DNA of 64,000 nucleotides from Bugula neritina (taxonomy: Eukaryota; Animalia; Bryozoa), in the NCBI GenBank assembly GCA_964035545.1, contig OZ037770.1:9120973-9184972 (forward strand), in the 5' to 3' direction. Position numbers and translations under genes: made by a program. The stretch's first letter is position 1, and each line of letters starts with the position of its first letter. The notes under the pieces are model-generated. The model was given only the letters and a program-made list of their open reading frames with translations, made no database searches and was not told the DNA's origin. Shown piece after piece: positions 37,544 to 51,416 of this stretch.

Positions 37544-38785
37544 TTTGATACTACGAACCTTGTCTAGAAACTACAATCCCCTTCCGAAAGAGCATCAAAT
37601 AAACCTCCTCTATTATCCTCGTCGCCAATTTTAATGTTAGTGTATTATATGATAGGAGCAGCAAGGGAATGTCTTTGTAGTTTGTCACATAGATCTAGAC
37701 AGATTTATTATTGAACTTCATTAGTGTACATAAACATAGCAAATCATATATCCTGTTGCTGACCTGACACGACTCTTGCAACAGGGTTAAAATAACAGCA
37801 CAGATGACAAAACAGGTTTCTTGTTCTGATTCACTAATTACTACAACATTACATCAGTAACAAGAGGAATTTTCTTAATAATTATTCTAAGAATTGCGAC
37901 TTGTGACCAAAAAACTTATGAAGGTTCTTGAACTAGGTTTTCCTTGCAATTCACTTAATATTTCAAAAAATGATGCATTTTTTTGACATTCAATATAATG
38001 CAGAAAAAATGGAATCATTGTATTGTAAATAGTTATAAACATATGTAGTTTTTAACACTTCTGTTACTGCATCTACCCCTACAGTCTACAGTAGAGGCCT
38101 GTAAGTTAAATAAGTTCTTATGAGCAGTTTTATTAAATTACAAAACAGATGCTTTACTGATACTTTCATTTGTATCATTTGATGAATTAAACTTAAACAC
38201 CATTATGATTATGACTATGATTATCATCATTATGAGAACTTAAAGTACAAACTTAATAAGAAAATGATCATGCGACTGAGAAACTCGGAAATAGTAACTA
38301 ACTCACAGGTATCTTGCTGATGAGAAATTTATCATAATCATTTTGATTATCATTATCAAAACAGTGTGGCAGTGACTGTGACAGCAAGACTAAGCATAGT
38401 ACTCTGAGTGAGTGTCAGTGTGACTGTCACTAACTATCACTGTAAGTCAAATGAGTGCGACTGAGTGAAACAGTGTCAGTATGAGTATGAGTATGACTAT
38501 GAGTATCACTATCAGTATGAGTATGAGTGTCAGTGTCACTATCAGCATAACAATCCGAAACTAGAGATCATAGAATTACAAAAAGTTGACTTTTAAATTG
38601 ACATTTGAAAACAATGAACACCACTTTCAAGTTTGCTAACACTTACAGTTATTGCTGTTGGTAAACAATTAATGGGGCAAACTTCGCCTCGTCAAGGAAG
38701 ACCTAGATGGAACTACTAATAGTTCCTGTTAGTGATAGACCTCTCTGCGCAGACGCGGGAGTAAAATAAAACTTACCCTGGACTC

Positions 38786-38796
38786 GGGGAATTCCC
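38786..38796. promoter_or_regulatory. NF-kB consensus site in the orphaned G2 5' region
   Basis: GGGGAATTCCC, paralogous to 17306. Confidence 0.4.
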
Positions 38797-40447
38797 TAAT
38801 AACGCGTGCAGTAAATTCAAAATAATAACACTATTGATGAGCGTTGCAGCGGCATTTACCCATCTGGTGAGCCTCCTTCAGAGTTATCTTTCCAAATAAA
38901 ACCTCCGCGCAACTAAATACAATGTTCCGCTGTATCTGAATGACTCCCTTCTCACGAATTTCTATAAGACACAGCTTGGACCCCATTTTGTGGCTGATGT
39001 ATGTGTGTATAGGCAACAAATCACCAATTTTAACTGATCCGTGAGTCGAATCTGGCATTCTAATATGACACGAATTGACGTTTTAGACCTGTCGCTTAGT
39101 GAGTTACAGAGGGAGCCCTGTATATTATGTGCTGAAAGCTTCATGCCATTAAATAGTTGGTCCATCAATTTATGAATCTCACTTTTATGCTTTACAGTAG
39201 ATATTTGTGTGACAATCCTTAAAACAAAAGAAGCTCTCACCATGTTGGCATTTTTGGGTTTAAGTGCACTTTCTGATGTCCACGCAACAGTTTTTGAAAT
39301 GAAAAGCTCTCAACATGTTGGCAACCAGATCTGAGTGCAGTTTCTGTTTGTACTAGCAGTGAAGCAGCTATGACCTTACTAACCAATACAGACTACAACT
39401 ATTTCTTATATAGTGACTCTTCTGTTATACTGTTTATAAGTGTGAACCACAGTACAAACTTTAAAGCATTTTATAGATGAATTATTCCACAGTTATTGGG
39501 GAGAGTAATATTAAATAGAATATGGATGAATATGGAAATGGGTGTGAAATTTAGTCATTCAATATATATGCATATAAGCTATAAGCTTGTGGTCAAACTA
39601 GTGTAGAAGTAGTATTATAATATTGTGATCTGGCTTCTAGATCTGCAGTTTAAAGGTCAACAAACTACGCTGTGTATGTTACCATACCACTTTATCTTCG
39701 TAAGTGTACTCAAATTTTCAAAACGTGAAACACAAATATTTTTGTGAAGAAAATAGTATTGATCTATTATAACTCTGCATTCAAAATAAACTTCAACTCT
39801 TGGAGATACAAATGAAACAGAGAACAATATAGCAGAAAGTGCATCAGCACTAAGATGTGCTGTCAGAAAGACCATGAGTTCATAATACAGGGTGTTGTCT
39901 CCCCCACAGATGTCTGAGTTATTTATATCCAGCATCAATATAAAATTAGTCCTGTTATTTGTATTTAGTGATATACCAGACTGACTTCTTATCACAATGT
40001 GATTATTCCATTTACAGGAAACAGTTGTGAATACTTGGTAACAGTTACACTGTGTAGTTACGTCAAACTCTAAAGCATGTGAAATACTCTCTGAAAATGT
40101 AATAAACCATGCAGTTAACAAGTTAGAAATAGTATTATTCTATATTTACAAAAAAGTTAGAGCTCTACAAGAGTTATGTTACCATGTTAATATGGTGAAA
40201 CAAAGAAGCTATTTATGCACCAAGTGCTGCCAAAACAAACATGGTTATGTAATGAAGGGTATTACCCTCTACCAGAGTATGTATTGTTTATATTATTTTG
40301 AGAATAATATTGGTAGTTGTAGTTAATTTCAGTCTAAACTATGAGTTGTGAACACTTCATGACAGGCTGTAACAAAGTAGGTGCAGCTTCTTCTAACTTT
40401 TCCTTCAATTTTCACAGCTTGAGGAGTTGTCTGACAATGCAATAAAA

Positions 40448-40740
40448 CAGGGGTGTGGTTAAACTGTAGTCCATGGCTCAAATGCGGACCGCTTGTCTAT
40501 TTAAACTGGCCGGCTTCTCTGTTTGGACCGGCCCAGTTGTGTATTTGAACTGGCCGACTTCTCTATTGGGACTGGCTGGTTGAGCTTACTTTCAAGCTGT
40601 GGCCCGTGGGTCAAATGTGACCCACTTGCTCATTTGGACTGGCCCACTTGTCTATTGATGAATTGGCCCACTTTTGTATTTAAACTGACCCATTTGTCCA
40701 TTTGAAGAAGCCAACTTGTTTATGCTAACTTTGAAGTTTG
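40448..40740. repeat. Degenerate ~16/33-bp tandem repeats, probable hAT-like MITE remnant
   Basis: Starts CAGGGGTG; recurring (A/G)ACTGGCC..CTT.T.TATT units. Confidence 0.4.
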
Positions 40741-41108
40741 TGAAACTCACTGGAGCTGATCAACATGACCTGTGTGCTGTATAATTATTGTAGGTTTCTC
40801 TCAACATAATGTTATTACCAAATCTACAGTCATACATGCAGATATCCTGATAGGCTTTATAAATACTGCATCAACATAATATAATAGTGTTACATCACCT
40901 CTCCATTTAGTAATGTACTTATACAATCTACTATACATGAGCATTTCATTGGCTAGTTACTTCTTGTGGTTGACCTATAAATATGCTGACCTCTCTATTT
41001 TGTTTCATATATTTCTATTACTCTGTATACTGACATATAATGACTAGCATAGAGATATAGCAGAAGTTACAGCATACTATGTGAATATATTATTTTAATG
41101 ATGACTGA

Positions 41109-41302
41109 GGGAGCAGCTGCAGTCTAGACTCTAGAGGTTAGAGCGTTTGCCTAGTAAACACGAGGTTATGGGCTCAAACCCAGACAGAGGCCATTGGTGA
41201 TGTTAGGAAGAGCATCCAGTCATAACTGCTTGTGCCTCATTTAAGTAAGTCTTTAGCCCACTTCAACAAAACCCCTTCCATCAGGGGCCTCTCACAGGGA
41301 TA
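41109..41302 (+). mobile_element. tRNA-derived SINE
   Basis: Box A/B-like GGTTAGAGCG and GGCTCAAACC; core GTTAGGAAGAGCATCC; similar to 12915-13090 and 24751-24800. Confidence 0.6.
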
Positions 41303-42512
41303 TCAACTATGAACTTTTGTGAGCTTTTTCTTTTGAGTGATGGAGTTGCCATGAAAACTAAAATCCTGAGACACTATAATGCTATATATGCACATGGAGA
41401 AATTTGAACAGATGTTTTTCCAAACTCTTAAGCAAGAAAATAACAAATTGAAAGTTTGAAATCCATGGCTATTACGTAAGAGACTGCAATGTTGCAAAAC
41501 TTCACTGGAGAAAAGAGCTACAGAATCTTCTTTGTGCAGAAGCTATGGCAGGTATACAAGTATAATGATCTACTAAAAGCTTTGCTGCCAAAACCAATTA
41601 TACTGTGATCCTAACTTAAGCAGATATTCATAACGAGCTGTTATGTTTCTAGCATCATACTCTGTACATAATAGAAATTCTGTAGTCTGTTTTACTGGTG
41701 TAAGAAATGGTGATTATATTAGAAGAAAACTATTTTGCTAATATTAACTGTAACCACCATAATTTATTCACTGTTTATGGGATATATTGGAATAATTATT
41801 CCCATTGAATATTATTCTAACACAGCCAATCAAATGATAAGATAATCACACAATATCAAACAGGTTATAGAATACATTATATAAAATATTAGTCTGTCAT
41901 ACAAATGCAGTGAATGGAGACTAGCATAAACTACAGAGTAAAATGAATATAGCAGATTAGTGAATGGCACCTGATAGTAAACAATAAACATTGTAATATC
42001 ATAATATTATAGTCTGCAGTAGAAGTAGAAATTGAATTAACATTATAAACACATTGATAAATCTATGACTTTCAATACAAATAAGTTTAGATATATAAAA
42101 ATTGCAGTCTAGCTAATACATTGAAGTCATTCAGGCTGTGTGAAAGAGGCTTGGTAAAAGCGAGAAAAATTGTTACTTGAAGTTAGTTATGTTCAGGTGT
42201 ATAAGTTTGTTACTGAGACATCATATGTTCTCCCACTGTATAAGTGAGCTACTGGGACGTCATGCAGCTTTCCACACAGTATCATAGCTCTGTGTTGAAG
42301 AACTCAGTCTACAGAGTCAACTTTGAGAATCATCTAGAAATAACAGACACAGTGTATATGTAGAAGTTGTACATCTCAGACATATGATCACAAATATGTA
42401 CATTAGTAGAAAACACAGAGTTGAGCACCAGATGTATTCAAACAGAGTCTAGTGTGATAAACAATATAATAAATGTACCACAAGATGGAATAATATCCTG
42501 TCACACACCTGT

Positions 42513-45500
42513 TTAGTCCAGCTGGTAAAACAGAACTTTCTTGCCCCAGTATCTAGGTACAATCAGAGTGTCTTTATACACATGGAGATCAAACACACTA
42601 CTCACAGCTCTATCAGTTGGATCTTCTATTTTGGACAGTTGTGTACCTGTAACAGGAAATGATGTATCAATATGTCATTACTAGTACATAGCATAGCATA
42701 TTTTATAGTGGGAGACTGTGAGAAATACTAATATATTGGTAACAGTAGTTAAATAACCAATGTAAAACTAACCTGTCTTCACATCCAGTATCCAGATGGT
42801 GGTTTTACTGCTGCGTTTAGTCACAAGAATATATTTACTTCTATAGCAGGACACACCTTCTGATTTAGATACATCCTTGCATGTCCAGATGACTTTCTCT
42901 GTTGTCAAGTCTAATTTAAATACTTGAGAGGAATCATAGTCAGAAACTACTACACAATGTCTGTCTGCTGCACATATTGCTGTGTAACTATTACTGAGTA
43001 GAGGGCAAGAGACATGTTTAATTACCTTCCCAGTAAGAGAGTAGATTGTAAGTCTTTTACTGTGTCTATCAGGAACTACAACCTGCTCATCAACAATAGC
43101 AAGTTTGTTTACACCCCAACTATTATCATGATGAGACCAGGTGGTCACCTGTTTCCCAGTAAGATCATACACATGGATCTTCCAATTATTGTTGGTGATA
43201 CACTGTACAGCATACAGCTTATCTCTATGTACTGTGACTCCAGCTACATAGTTAGTAAGAGAAATAAAAGATCTGGAAACACTGAAACTCTCATCTATTC
43301 TGTCTACCCCTGCACTCAGCCCCACATAAGTGTTACTCCCATATTTACAGATAGAATAACACAGACTAGAAACATCAATAGACTGTAAGAGTTTGAGAGA
43401 TTTAGGAAGATCTAAACTAATAAACATGTCTGCTGCAGGAACCAAGTCTATTTCTACATCTCTCTTCTCTTCTACAATATACATGTGAATATGTGTATAT
43501 GTGTGTATACTTATATATAAGTGAGTAGCCTATGTATATATAATATGTATGTCATATAAAAGTGAGTATGTGTATATATTCTATTAATAGAAACTCTGTG
43601 TAAACCTACACACAGGACTATTTCAACAGATACTCAAATTTTCCAATCAGCAGTTTCACATATGAAGGCACTTTTCAGATAATATACTGAATATTGATGT
43701 TCTTATATTACATTATATAATGCAGTAGATACATTCACCGGCTTTCCATGTACCGATCTCAGCGAGATCGATCCATGGAAAGATGTCAAAGATCGATCTC
43801 AGTCGTTCTGAGCTGGTCGGTCTGTAGAGCTCGAACTCAGATCGATCTCAGTGAGATCGATCCATGGAAAGACTCCAGATCGATCTGAGAAGTAGAAAAA
43901 GACTGTTCGCTAAAATGTTGTCTGCTGATAAAAATGACAACTTATTGATAATTACTAAGCAAATTACTTAATAATTACGATAGCCACATTTTCAGATGCC
44001 AAAACTTTGACTTTCAGTACTATGATTAAAAAAACTCAATTATATAAAATTATAGTCCATAGAAATTACAAAAAATTGGAGCATTTAAATTGAATTTAAA
44101 TGACTAGTAAAACTTACTTTCATTAGTTATTTGCTGCGTAATTTCAAGCTTAACAATCCTGTAAGTTTATGAATAATCTGCAAGATAGCTATTAATTTTA
44201 TTTAAGCTGTTGAGCTAAAAAATTAAAAGTGATTATCTTAAATTGGCTATATTACTTTACACTAAAAGCTTTGTTGCGTATTGTTTACAAGCACCATTAA
44301 TTTTTAGACATCAACAATCTTGTTTTTTAACCTCAGCAGCTTTAATCATCCAGATTTGTGAACAAATTATACTATTAAAGTACTCTTCACTTAAGAGGAG
44401 GCAACTCCGTGAGATCGATCTGACACTTCTCATGGAAAAACGATCGATCTGAGAGGTATGCTCAGATCGATCTCAGCGAGATCGATCTGAGATCGGTACA
44501 TGGAAAGCCGGTGATTACCTAACTTAATGCTTCCAATAAAATCTGCAACAGTAGTGCAAGTAATCTACAATCTAGTATACTAACCTTTGACCTTTAGAGA
44601 CATGACATCACACAGCTTTAGTTTATTATACTAACCTTTGACCTTTAGAGACATGAGACCACAAAGCTCTAGTTTAGTATACTAACCTTTGACCTTTAGA
44701 GACATGACAACACACAGCTCTAGTTTAGGTATCTCAACAGATATCAGTCTCTGTATTCTCTCTTTAATCTCTGCAAATCCTTCAACCAGATCCACCTACA
44801 GTATATAAGCATAGCATTAGCCAATGGGACTAAAAAGACAGTCTTTCTAGTTACAACTTCCTATTGTTTTTCTGCATTAGTTCACTTAAAGTTACGAATG
44901 GTAAAAAAGTGTGGTGTGCCTGGCATGAACATATTGCAGCAAACTACCTATTCAAAAACGCTATGGCTAGTATCCTATTTAGAATTATAAAAACTTTGAT
45001 TTAGGCCGACACAACTTTACAAAAATTCTTTTAAATACAATTTTGTAACACATTGGAGTATGCAAGCACACAACTATAGAGCTAATACCGAAATAAATAA
45101 CATTGTGATGGTCAATCTAAGTATTTCATCAGTTTTTTTAACTTAAAGATTCACAAAAACATATCTAAATTTTCTTTAGTTAACAGCTGATGAACACTGC
45201 TCACCTGGTGGTTTTGTTTAAGTTGAGCTTCTATCTTCATTCTACTGTTACTCAGTTGAGACAAAACAGTTCCAACTTCTCTCTCCATGTATCTGTTCAG
45301 TTCCTTTTTAGTCTTCTTTCTACTAGCTAAGAATTCCTTCTCCAGTTTCTCATACTTTAATCTCACTTCAGTCAACTACATCATACATTGTATCAGCACA
45401 TTGTAGAAAGTGGACAATACAAGAGAGAAAGTGTTTCAGAGTTGATTGTAAAAAAATAGTATTTTAATTCACACGGAATAGTAGCTAGTCACCTAACTGT

Positions 45501-47182
45501 TACTCTTAAGTATTAATATTGCAATGTTTTACTAACACCTGACTACAGAATGTAGATTACAGAGTAACACAAAGTATTTCCTATAAACACACAACCTGTT
45601 CATCACGCTGTGTATGAAGAATATTCAGCAATTCCTCCGTCTCATTATCAAAGTCTGACACAGTTTTAGAAAGGTGTTTGAAGAAAGCAGACATCCTGTC
45701 TTCAGTGGTGAGAAGATCATCTATATTGATAAGCTCATTGATTAAGTGATCTAGATTAACCATGTGGTGTGGTGAGTCTAAAATAGAAATGAAAAACCAC
45801 ATTCAACAAGACTATTGCAAAACCATGACAAAAGTTGAAAAAAACAAACTTCAAACAGGCTGTACAAGCGGAAGGCATTTGAATATAAAAACAATTCACT
45901 CTCATTTGATAAAACACTTTTAACTACAAAATGCACAAACTTCACATTCAGCTGCTTCGAGTTATAACTGTTTCACTATTGACCCTTTTCCAACATTCCT
46001 GCTACTCAATTTATAATTTACAGTTGTTTTCTCCTAGTAGAGATCAATGTATAAAACACAAAGCTGGCTATAAATTTCTAATGTTGCTATTCACGAGCAG
46101 CCCTCACAGTGTATTGGGTAGCAGATTGACTTTAGTTGGAGGACTGCAGTTTGATTCCAGGGTCAGCATTCTTATAAGATTTACTGAGGTGGCTCTACAG
46201 TTTATCAGATTTACTGAAATTTAGCAAATAACAAAAGTCTTCTTACCTCCAACACACAAGTTAGTGCAAGATGTGCACTGCACACAGAACAGCTGAACAC
46301 AGACTTTACACCCTTGTATGTAGGGATATGCTGTGTGTTTGGGACAAACTCTTTTCTCTAGTCTCTTGGCTTGTATTCTGTAGTCAGAGATGGCCATCTT
46401 CTGGTGGTCATCATTGGTGTCATCATGTGACTAAATATAACAGAATACATCTTTACTGAGAAATATAACTACACTGCGCATATAGTGGCAAAGAAACCAA
46501 AATTAAAAATACATGATCTAAACATGTAAAAATATGTATAGTAAAGTAACAATTTTCATCAGCACATAAATGTATAATCTGCATAAAAACAGATAAAAAT
46601 GAAACATGATTTTTTAATGTTTTAATACAAATCAACATTCAAGAATACAATATGTAATCAGAGGCTGAGTTAGAGTATGCAGTGTTGAACATCAACTGAA
46701 GAAGTATTTAATGAAAGTATCACCTCATCATGTTTTCTGCAGAAGAGTTTACGGCACACAGTACAGTATATAACTGCTGGTACTTTTTTCAGCCCCTTTT
46801 TAGTGCAGACGTCACATGATACGGAGTTGTCTACTACATCAGCAGATGGAAGATTCTCCACTCTCACATCAAACACTTGATCCCTGTAACAAGACACATA
46901 ATTATTTAATAATAATTGAAACAATATATAACTGAATACAAAAAAATTGTATGACATAAAACATATCATGTAAATCATTAACTCTTTACCAACAGTATGT
47001 CTCAGCTCTGTCTATACAAAACTAACTTACCTACACCAGGGACACCTGATCATGTCATTCACATCAACATTACGAGTAAGACACAGTAAACAGTGTACAT
47101 GACCACATGGTAGACACTTGGGATTCTCTAAACCTTCTTTTAGTAAACAGAATCCACACTCAACTTCTTCTGCTGCAGCCAT
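42513..47182 (-). CDS. TRIM-NHL-like protein copy G3, ~596 aa
   Basis: Exons 47182-47031, 46883-46724, 46430-46247, 45777-45596, 45375-45205, 44795-44687, 43471-42773, 42646-42513; phases match G1. Confidence 0.9.
43736..44513. mobile_element. MITE family A, copy 2 (in a G3 intron)
   Basis: Perfect TIRs CACCGGCTTTCCATGTACCGATCTCAG; ATT TSD; homologous to 556-1308. Confidence 0.9.
44572..44727. repeat. 51-bp tandem repeat (3 copies) duplicating an exon 3' end and splice donor
   Basis: Donors at 44686, 44635, 44584; two copies in G4 (54414, 54363); one in G1 and G5. Confidence 0.85.
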
Positions 47183-48480
47183 TTCACTCAACTCTATATT
47201 AAAAAACAAGAGAACATATTATAAAGTGTATTCAGAGCCCATGTAGTTCACTGTCATGAGAGAATTTAGTAGTTTGTGTTTGTGTATTTTCTGACTCATT
47301 ACTTAATATCTTTTAACATTGTAGAATGTGACTCAACTATAAAACTGCAGTGTAGATATAATGTATTTCAAGCACTCTGTAATAATGAACACTTGCTTTA
47401 TAATAAACTATATAGCGTAATACCATGATGTAAATGCACACTTGCATACTGCAGTACCTGCAGATATTGGTCCAGAGCTATTAAGTAACAAGAGGAGTTT
47501 TCTTCATGAATATTCTAAGAGTTAATATTTATAGCCAATGAATACTTTGAAAGTTCCGAAATTAGGTTTTTCTAGCAAATCACTAAATACCTTAAAACCT
47601 TATGCATCTTGCTGACATTTAATACAAAGTGCAGAAATCAGAATCTTTGTACTGTAAATAATTATAAATATATGTGGTTTCTAATGCTTCTGTTACTACA
47701 TCTATCCCTACAGGCTACAGCAGAGGCCCTGTAAGTTTAATAAGTCTTGTTGAGCAGTTTTATTAAACTACAAAACAAAATATGCTTTAATAATGTTTCA
47801 ATTTTTACTATTTGATAACTCAAACTTCAACATTAGTATGATTATGACTATGATTATCACCCTCATCATCATGAGCACGTAAAGTACAAACTCAACATGA
47901 AGATGATCATGCCATCATAGGACTAAGCAATAGTAACTAATTCCCAAGTAGCGCGCTGATTAGAAATATTATCAATGATAATGACAATGATTATGATAAC
48001 TTATAAATAAATAAATAAGTTATTATAATAACATTCATTGTCATTAGCAAAACGGTGTGGTACAGTGACTGACAGTGACACTAGATCACTTGCTGTCACA
48101 GCAATACCAAGTGTTGTTTTATAAGTCAGTGTCAGCGTGACCGTCACTGACATGACTATGAGTATGAGTATGAGTCAAGTAAGAGAGACTAAGAGTAAGT
48201 GAAACAGTATCAGTATGAATATCAGTATAAGTATAACTACGTGTGACTTAAATTCTCATGAAACTAGAGTCTAGATGATAAAATTATAATAAGTTGACTT
48301 TAAAACTGAAATTTAAAAACAATGAAGATCACTTTCAAGTTTGCTAGCACTTACAGTTATTGCTGCCGGTAAACAATTGGTGAGACAAACGTCACCTTGG
48401 CAACTTGGTAACTAGTAAAAGTTCCTTTTAGACCTTTCTGCGCAGCCGCGAGAGTAAAATAAAACTTCCTCTTGGAATCT

Positions 48481-48489
48481 GGGAATTCC
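48481..48489. promoter_or_regulatory. kB-like site upstream of G3
   Basis: GGGAATTCC at the position paralogous to 17306. Confidence 0.35.
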
Positions 48490-49716
48490 TTAATAACGCG
48501 TGCAGTAAATTCAAAATATTAACACCATTGATAGACGTTGCAGTAGAATTTACGTTTTGGGTGCCTCCTTCAGAGTTATCTTTCCAAACAAAACCTGCGC
48601 GATACAATGTTCCGCTGTATCTTAACGACCCCTTTCTCACGAATATCTGTAGGTCACGAGAAAGGCTTGGGCCTGTTTTGTGGCTGATGTATGTGTGTAT
48701 AGGCATTAAATCACCAATTTTAATGAATCCATGAGTTTAACCTGGCATTCTAAGACATTATGAATTGATGCTTTAGTGTTTAGTGAGATACAGATGGAGC
48801 ACTGTATGTTATAATGTGCTGGAAGCTTCAGCAGTTTGTCCATCATTTTATATTTCTCACTAATTTATGCTGTATAGCAAATGCACTTATTAACCAATAC
48901 AGATTACATCTGCTTTGTATATAGTATTGATTCTTTGTCATAGCATTCACAAGTGTGAAGTAGGTTTCAAATTTTAAAGCATCTAGATGAATTATTCTAC
49001 ATTTATTGGGAAGAAAAATACTAAATAGAATATGGATGAATTTATTGGGAAAAATAATACTAATTAGAATATGGATGAATATAGCAAAAGGTGTGGAGTT
49101 TATATAGTCTTTCAATATATTATATGCATGTAAACTAAAAGCCTGTGTTCTAGCTAGTGCAGACAGTATTTTGTGATCTGGTCTTTAACTTTGCATTTTA
49201 AAAACCAACATTAAACTATGTTACATTAGTTGTCATGCCCTTCATTTGCATAAGTGTACTCAATTTATTAAAACTTGAAACACAAATATTTTTGTTGTGG
49301 AAATGAAATGTGTCTATCATTTATCTGACTATTTAGGTTCAAACATGTATAATAAAACAATTGTCATGATTTATTGAGCTATGATATCTACTGTAATAGA
49401 TAATAATAGTAGTTATTTGAAATGCATGTAATAATATAAACATACATAAACTAGTCACTGTATAATAATATAACTGATCATTGAGCTTCACTGTATCCTG
49501 TTATTCCTTGCATTCAAAATAAAGTCCAACTCTTGGAGATACAAATGAAACAGAAAAGAGATGTCAATATAGCAAAAAGTGTATCAGCATTAAAATGTGT
49601 TGTTCCTTCCCCCCCCCCTCCTACAGAGGATCTCTGTGTTATCTATATCCAACATAATCATTATAAAACTAGTCTTATAAAACATTATGAAACTAGTTAG
49701 TTGTATTTAGTGATAT

Positions 49717-50158
49717 TGTTGTGAATTTATGTATCCACTTGCAAACACTGAGTCTATTTAAGCAAAGCCACTTCACCCGGTTGATAGTTGCTGAGAATTT
49801 ATTCTAGCTACTACTTTATACACAAATAAAATGTACAATCAAGATAAACACATTACATAGTCAAGATTTTAAAACTGAAATTTGAAAACAATGAAGATCG
49901 CTTTCAAGTTTGCTACAGTATACAAGTCCTAGCATAAGCGTTAGCGTGTTCTTTCTGCCTGCTAGTAGCTCAAGTCAGCTTCCACAATAAGTAGATGGCC
50001 CCGCCTACTACTAATTGATACGAGTCTTCTATTGGCTACTACGGTAGCACCATATGCTAATAAGTAGGAGTGATGCAAAATGCACTGTGTTTTCCAAGTT
50101 AAGTATAGAGTTATCCTTTCGATAATTACTGATAATCACACAATATAAAATCACCACA
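49717..50158. mobile_element. Solo LTR of a third Gypsy family
   Basis: TGTTGTGA...TCACCACA termini; ATAT TSD 49713-49716 and 50159-50162; empty paralogs (gtg-atat-accag) near 39970 and 50430; shares GAGTCTATTTA...ACTTCACC with the E2 LTR. Confidence 0.8.
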
Positions 50159-51416
50159 ATATACCAGTGTGCATGACTTCTTATCACAATGTGGTTATTC
50201 TGTTCACAGGAAACAGTTGCGAATACTTGGTAACAGTTACAGTACAAATCTTGGAGATACAAATAAAATAGAAAAGAGATGTCAATATAGCAGAAAGTGC
50301 ATCAGCACTAAGATGTGCTGTCAGAAAGACTATGAGTTCATAATACAGGGTGTTGTCTCCCCCACAGAGGATGTCTGAGTTATTTATATTCAGCATCATT
50401 ATAAAGTCCTGTTAGTTGTATTTAGTGATATACCAGTCTGACTTCTTATCACAATGTGATTATTCCATTAACAGGAAACAGTTGTAAATACTTGGTAACA
50501 GTTACACTGTGTAGTTACTACAAACTCCACAGAATGTGAAATACTGTCTGAGAATGTAATAAAGCAACCAGTTTACAAACTCGAATACTGAACCAATAAA
50601 CTTGAACATAACCCCAGCAAGGGTTTCCAAGCAGTTGGTCCATAACGAACTGCAACATTGCTAATGTTTTACTCTATAATACAGAATAGAAATTCTGTAA
50701 CCTATTTTACTGGGGTAAGACATAGTGATGGTATTTATAGTGAAATATTATTTTGCCATTAGTAGCTGTAATCACTTTAGAATATTCACTGCTTATAGAA
50801 TACATTGGAATAATTATTCGCAATATGGCTATTATTCTAACACAGCCAATCAAATGATTATAACATATTGCCACTCAAGGATTTCAAACTGTCACTCAAA
50901 CCAAAATTATTACAAAATCACCATTAAATTCACCTGAGGTGTGAGAATTACCCAGATCACCATAAGGAGAAGTCAGGTGTAGCAATTCACAGATGCTACT
51001 AATATATCAGTGGAGACTGTGGTACACTAACAGGCTTCATGTACCCTCACAATATCTGACTGATATTCGTGTAACCTTGTTGCTATTGGAAACCAGGTAA
51101 ACAGGAAGTAATACTATATCATATCTTTTACTGGTTCTAGACTCTATCATTTGGTTTACAAGGAGTTATTAGTTAGCCAACACAGAGCTATTGTGATTTA
51201 AATTGGACGGATTTACAGTATTATGGTTTGGCATCACTTTTATAGCTTTGTTACCCGAAGTTGGACACCTCTAGTATAAATCATAACCATTGAACTAAAA
51301 GTTTTAATTCATTGATCATGACTATGTAGTAAATTTTGCACTATGGTTGAAGCTAATAAATGTTGGCTAAGTGCAGCACAAAGTTCTAGGTCACTGAGCC
51401 CAAACTCCAAAATCTA

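Larger units (their letters stand above)
35244..37853 (-). mobile_element. Internally deleted Mag-like Ty3/Gypsy element E4
   Basis: 224-bp LTRs 35244-35467 and 37630-37853 (~7 differences); PBS TGGCGACGAGGAT 37627-37615 (tRNA-Ser(GCT)-like, recalled); no TSD. Confidence 0.9.

Noticed and set aside
41109-41190. Functional tRNA gene
   Set aside because: Degenerate box A/B, no complete cloverleaf, followed by a SINE-like body shared with another diverged copy.
44572-44727. CRISPR-like arrays (this repeat, 40448-40740, 62220-62285)
   Set aside because: Head-to-tail repeats without unique spacers, no cas genes, eukaryotic context.
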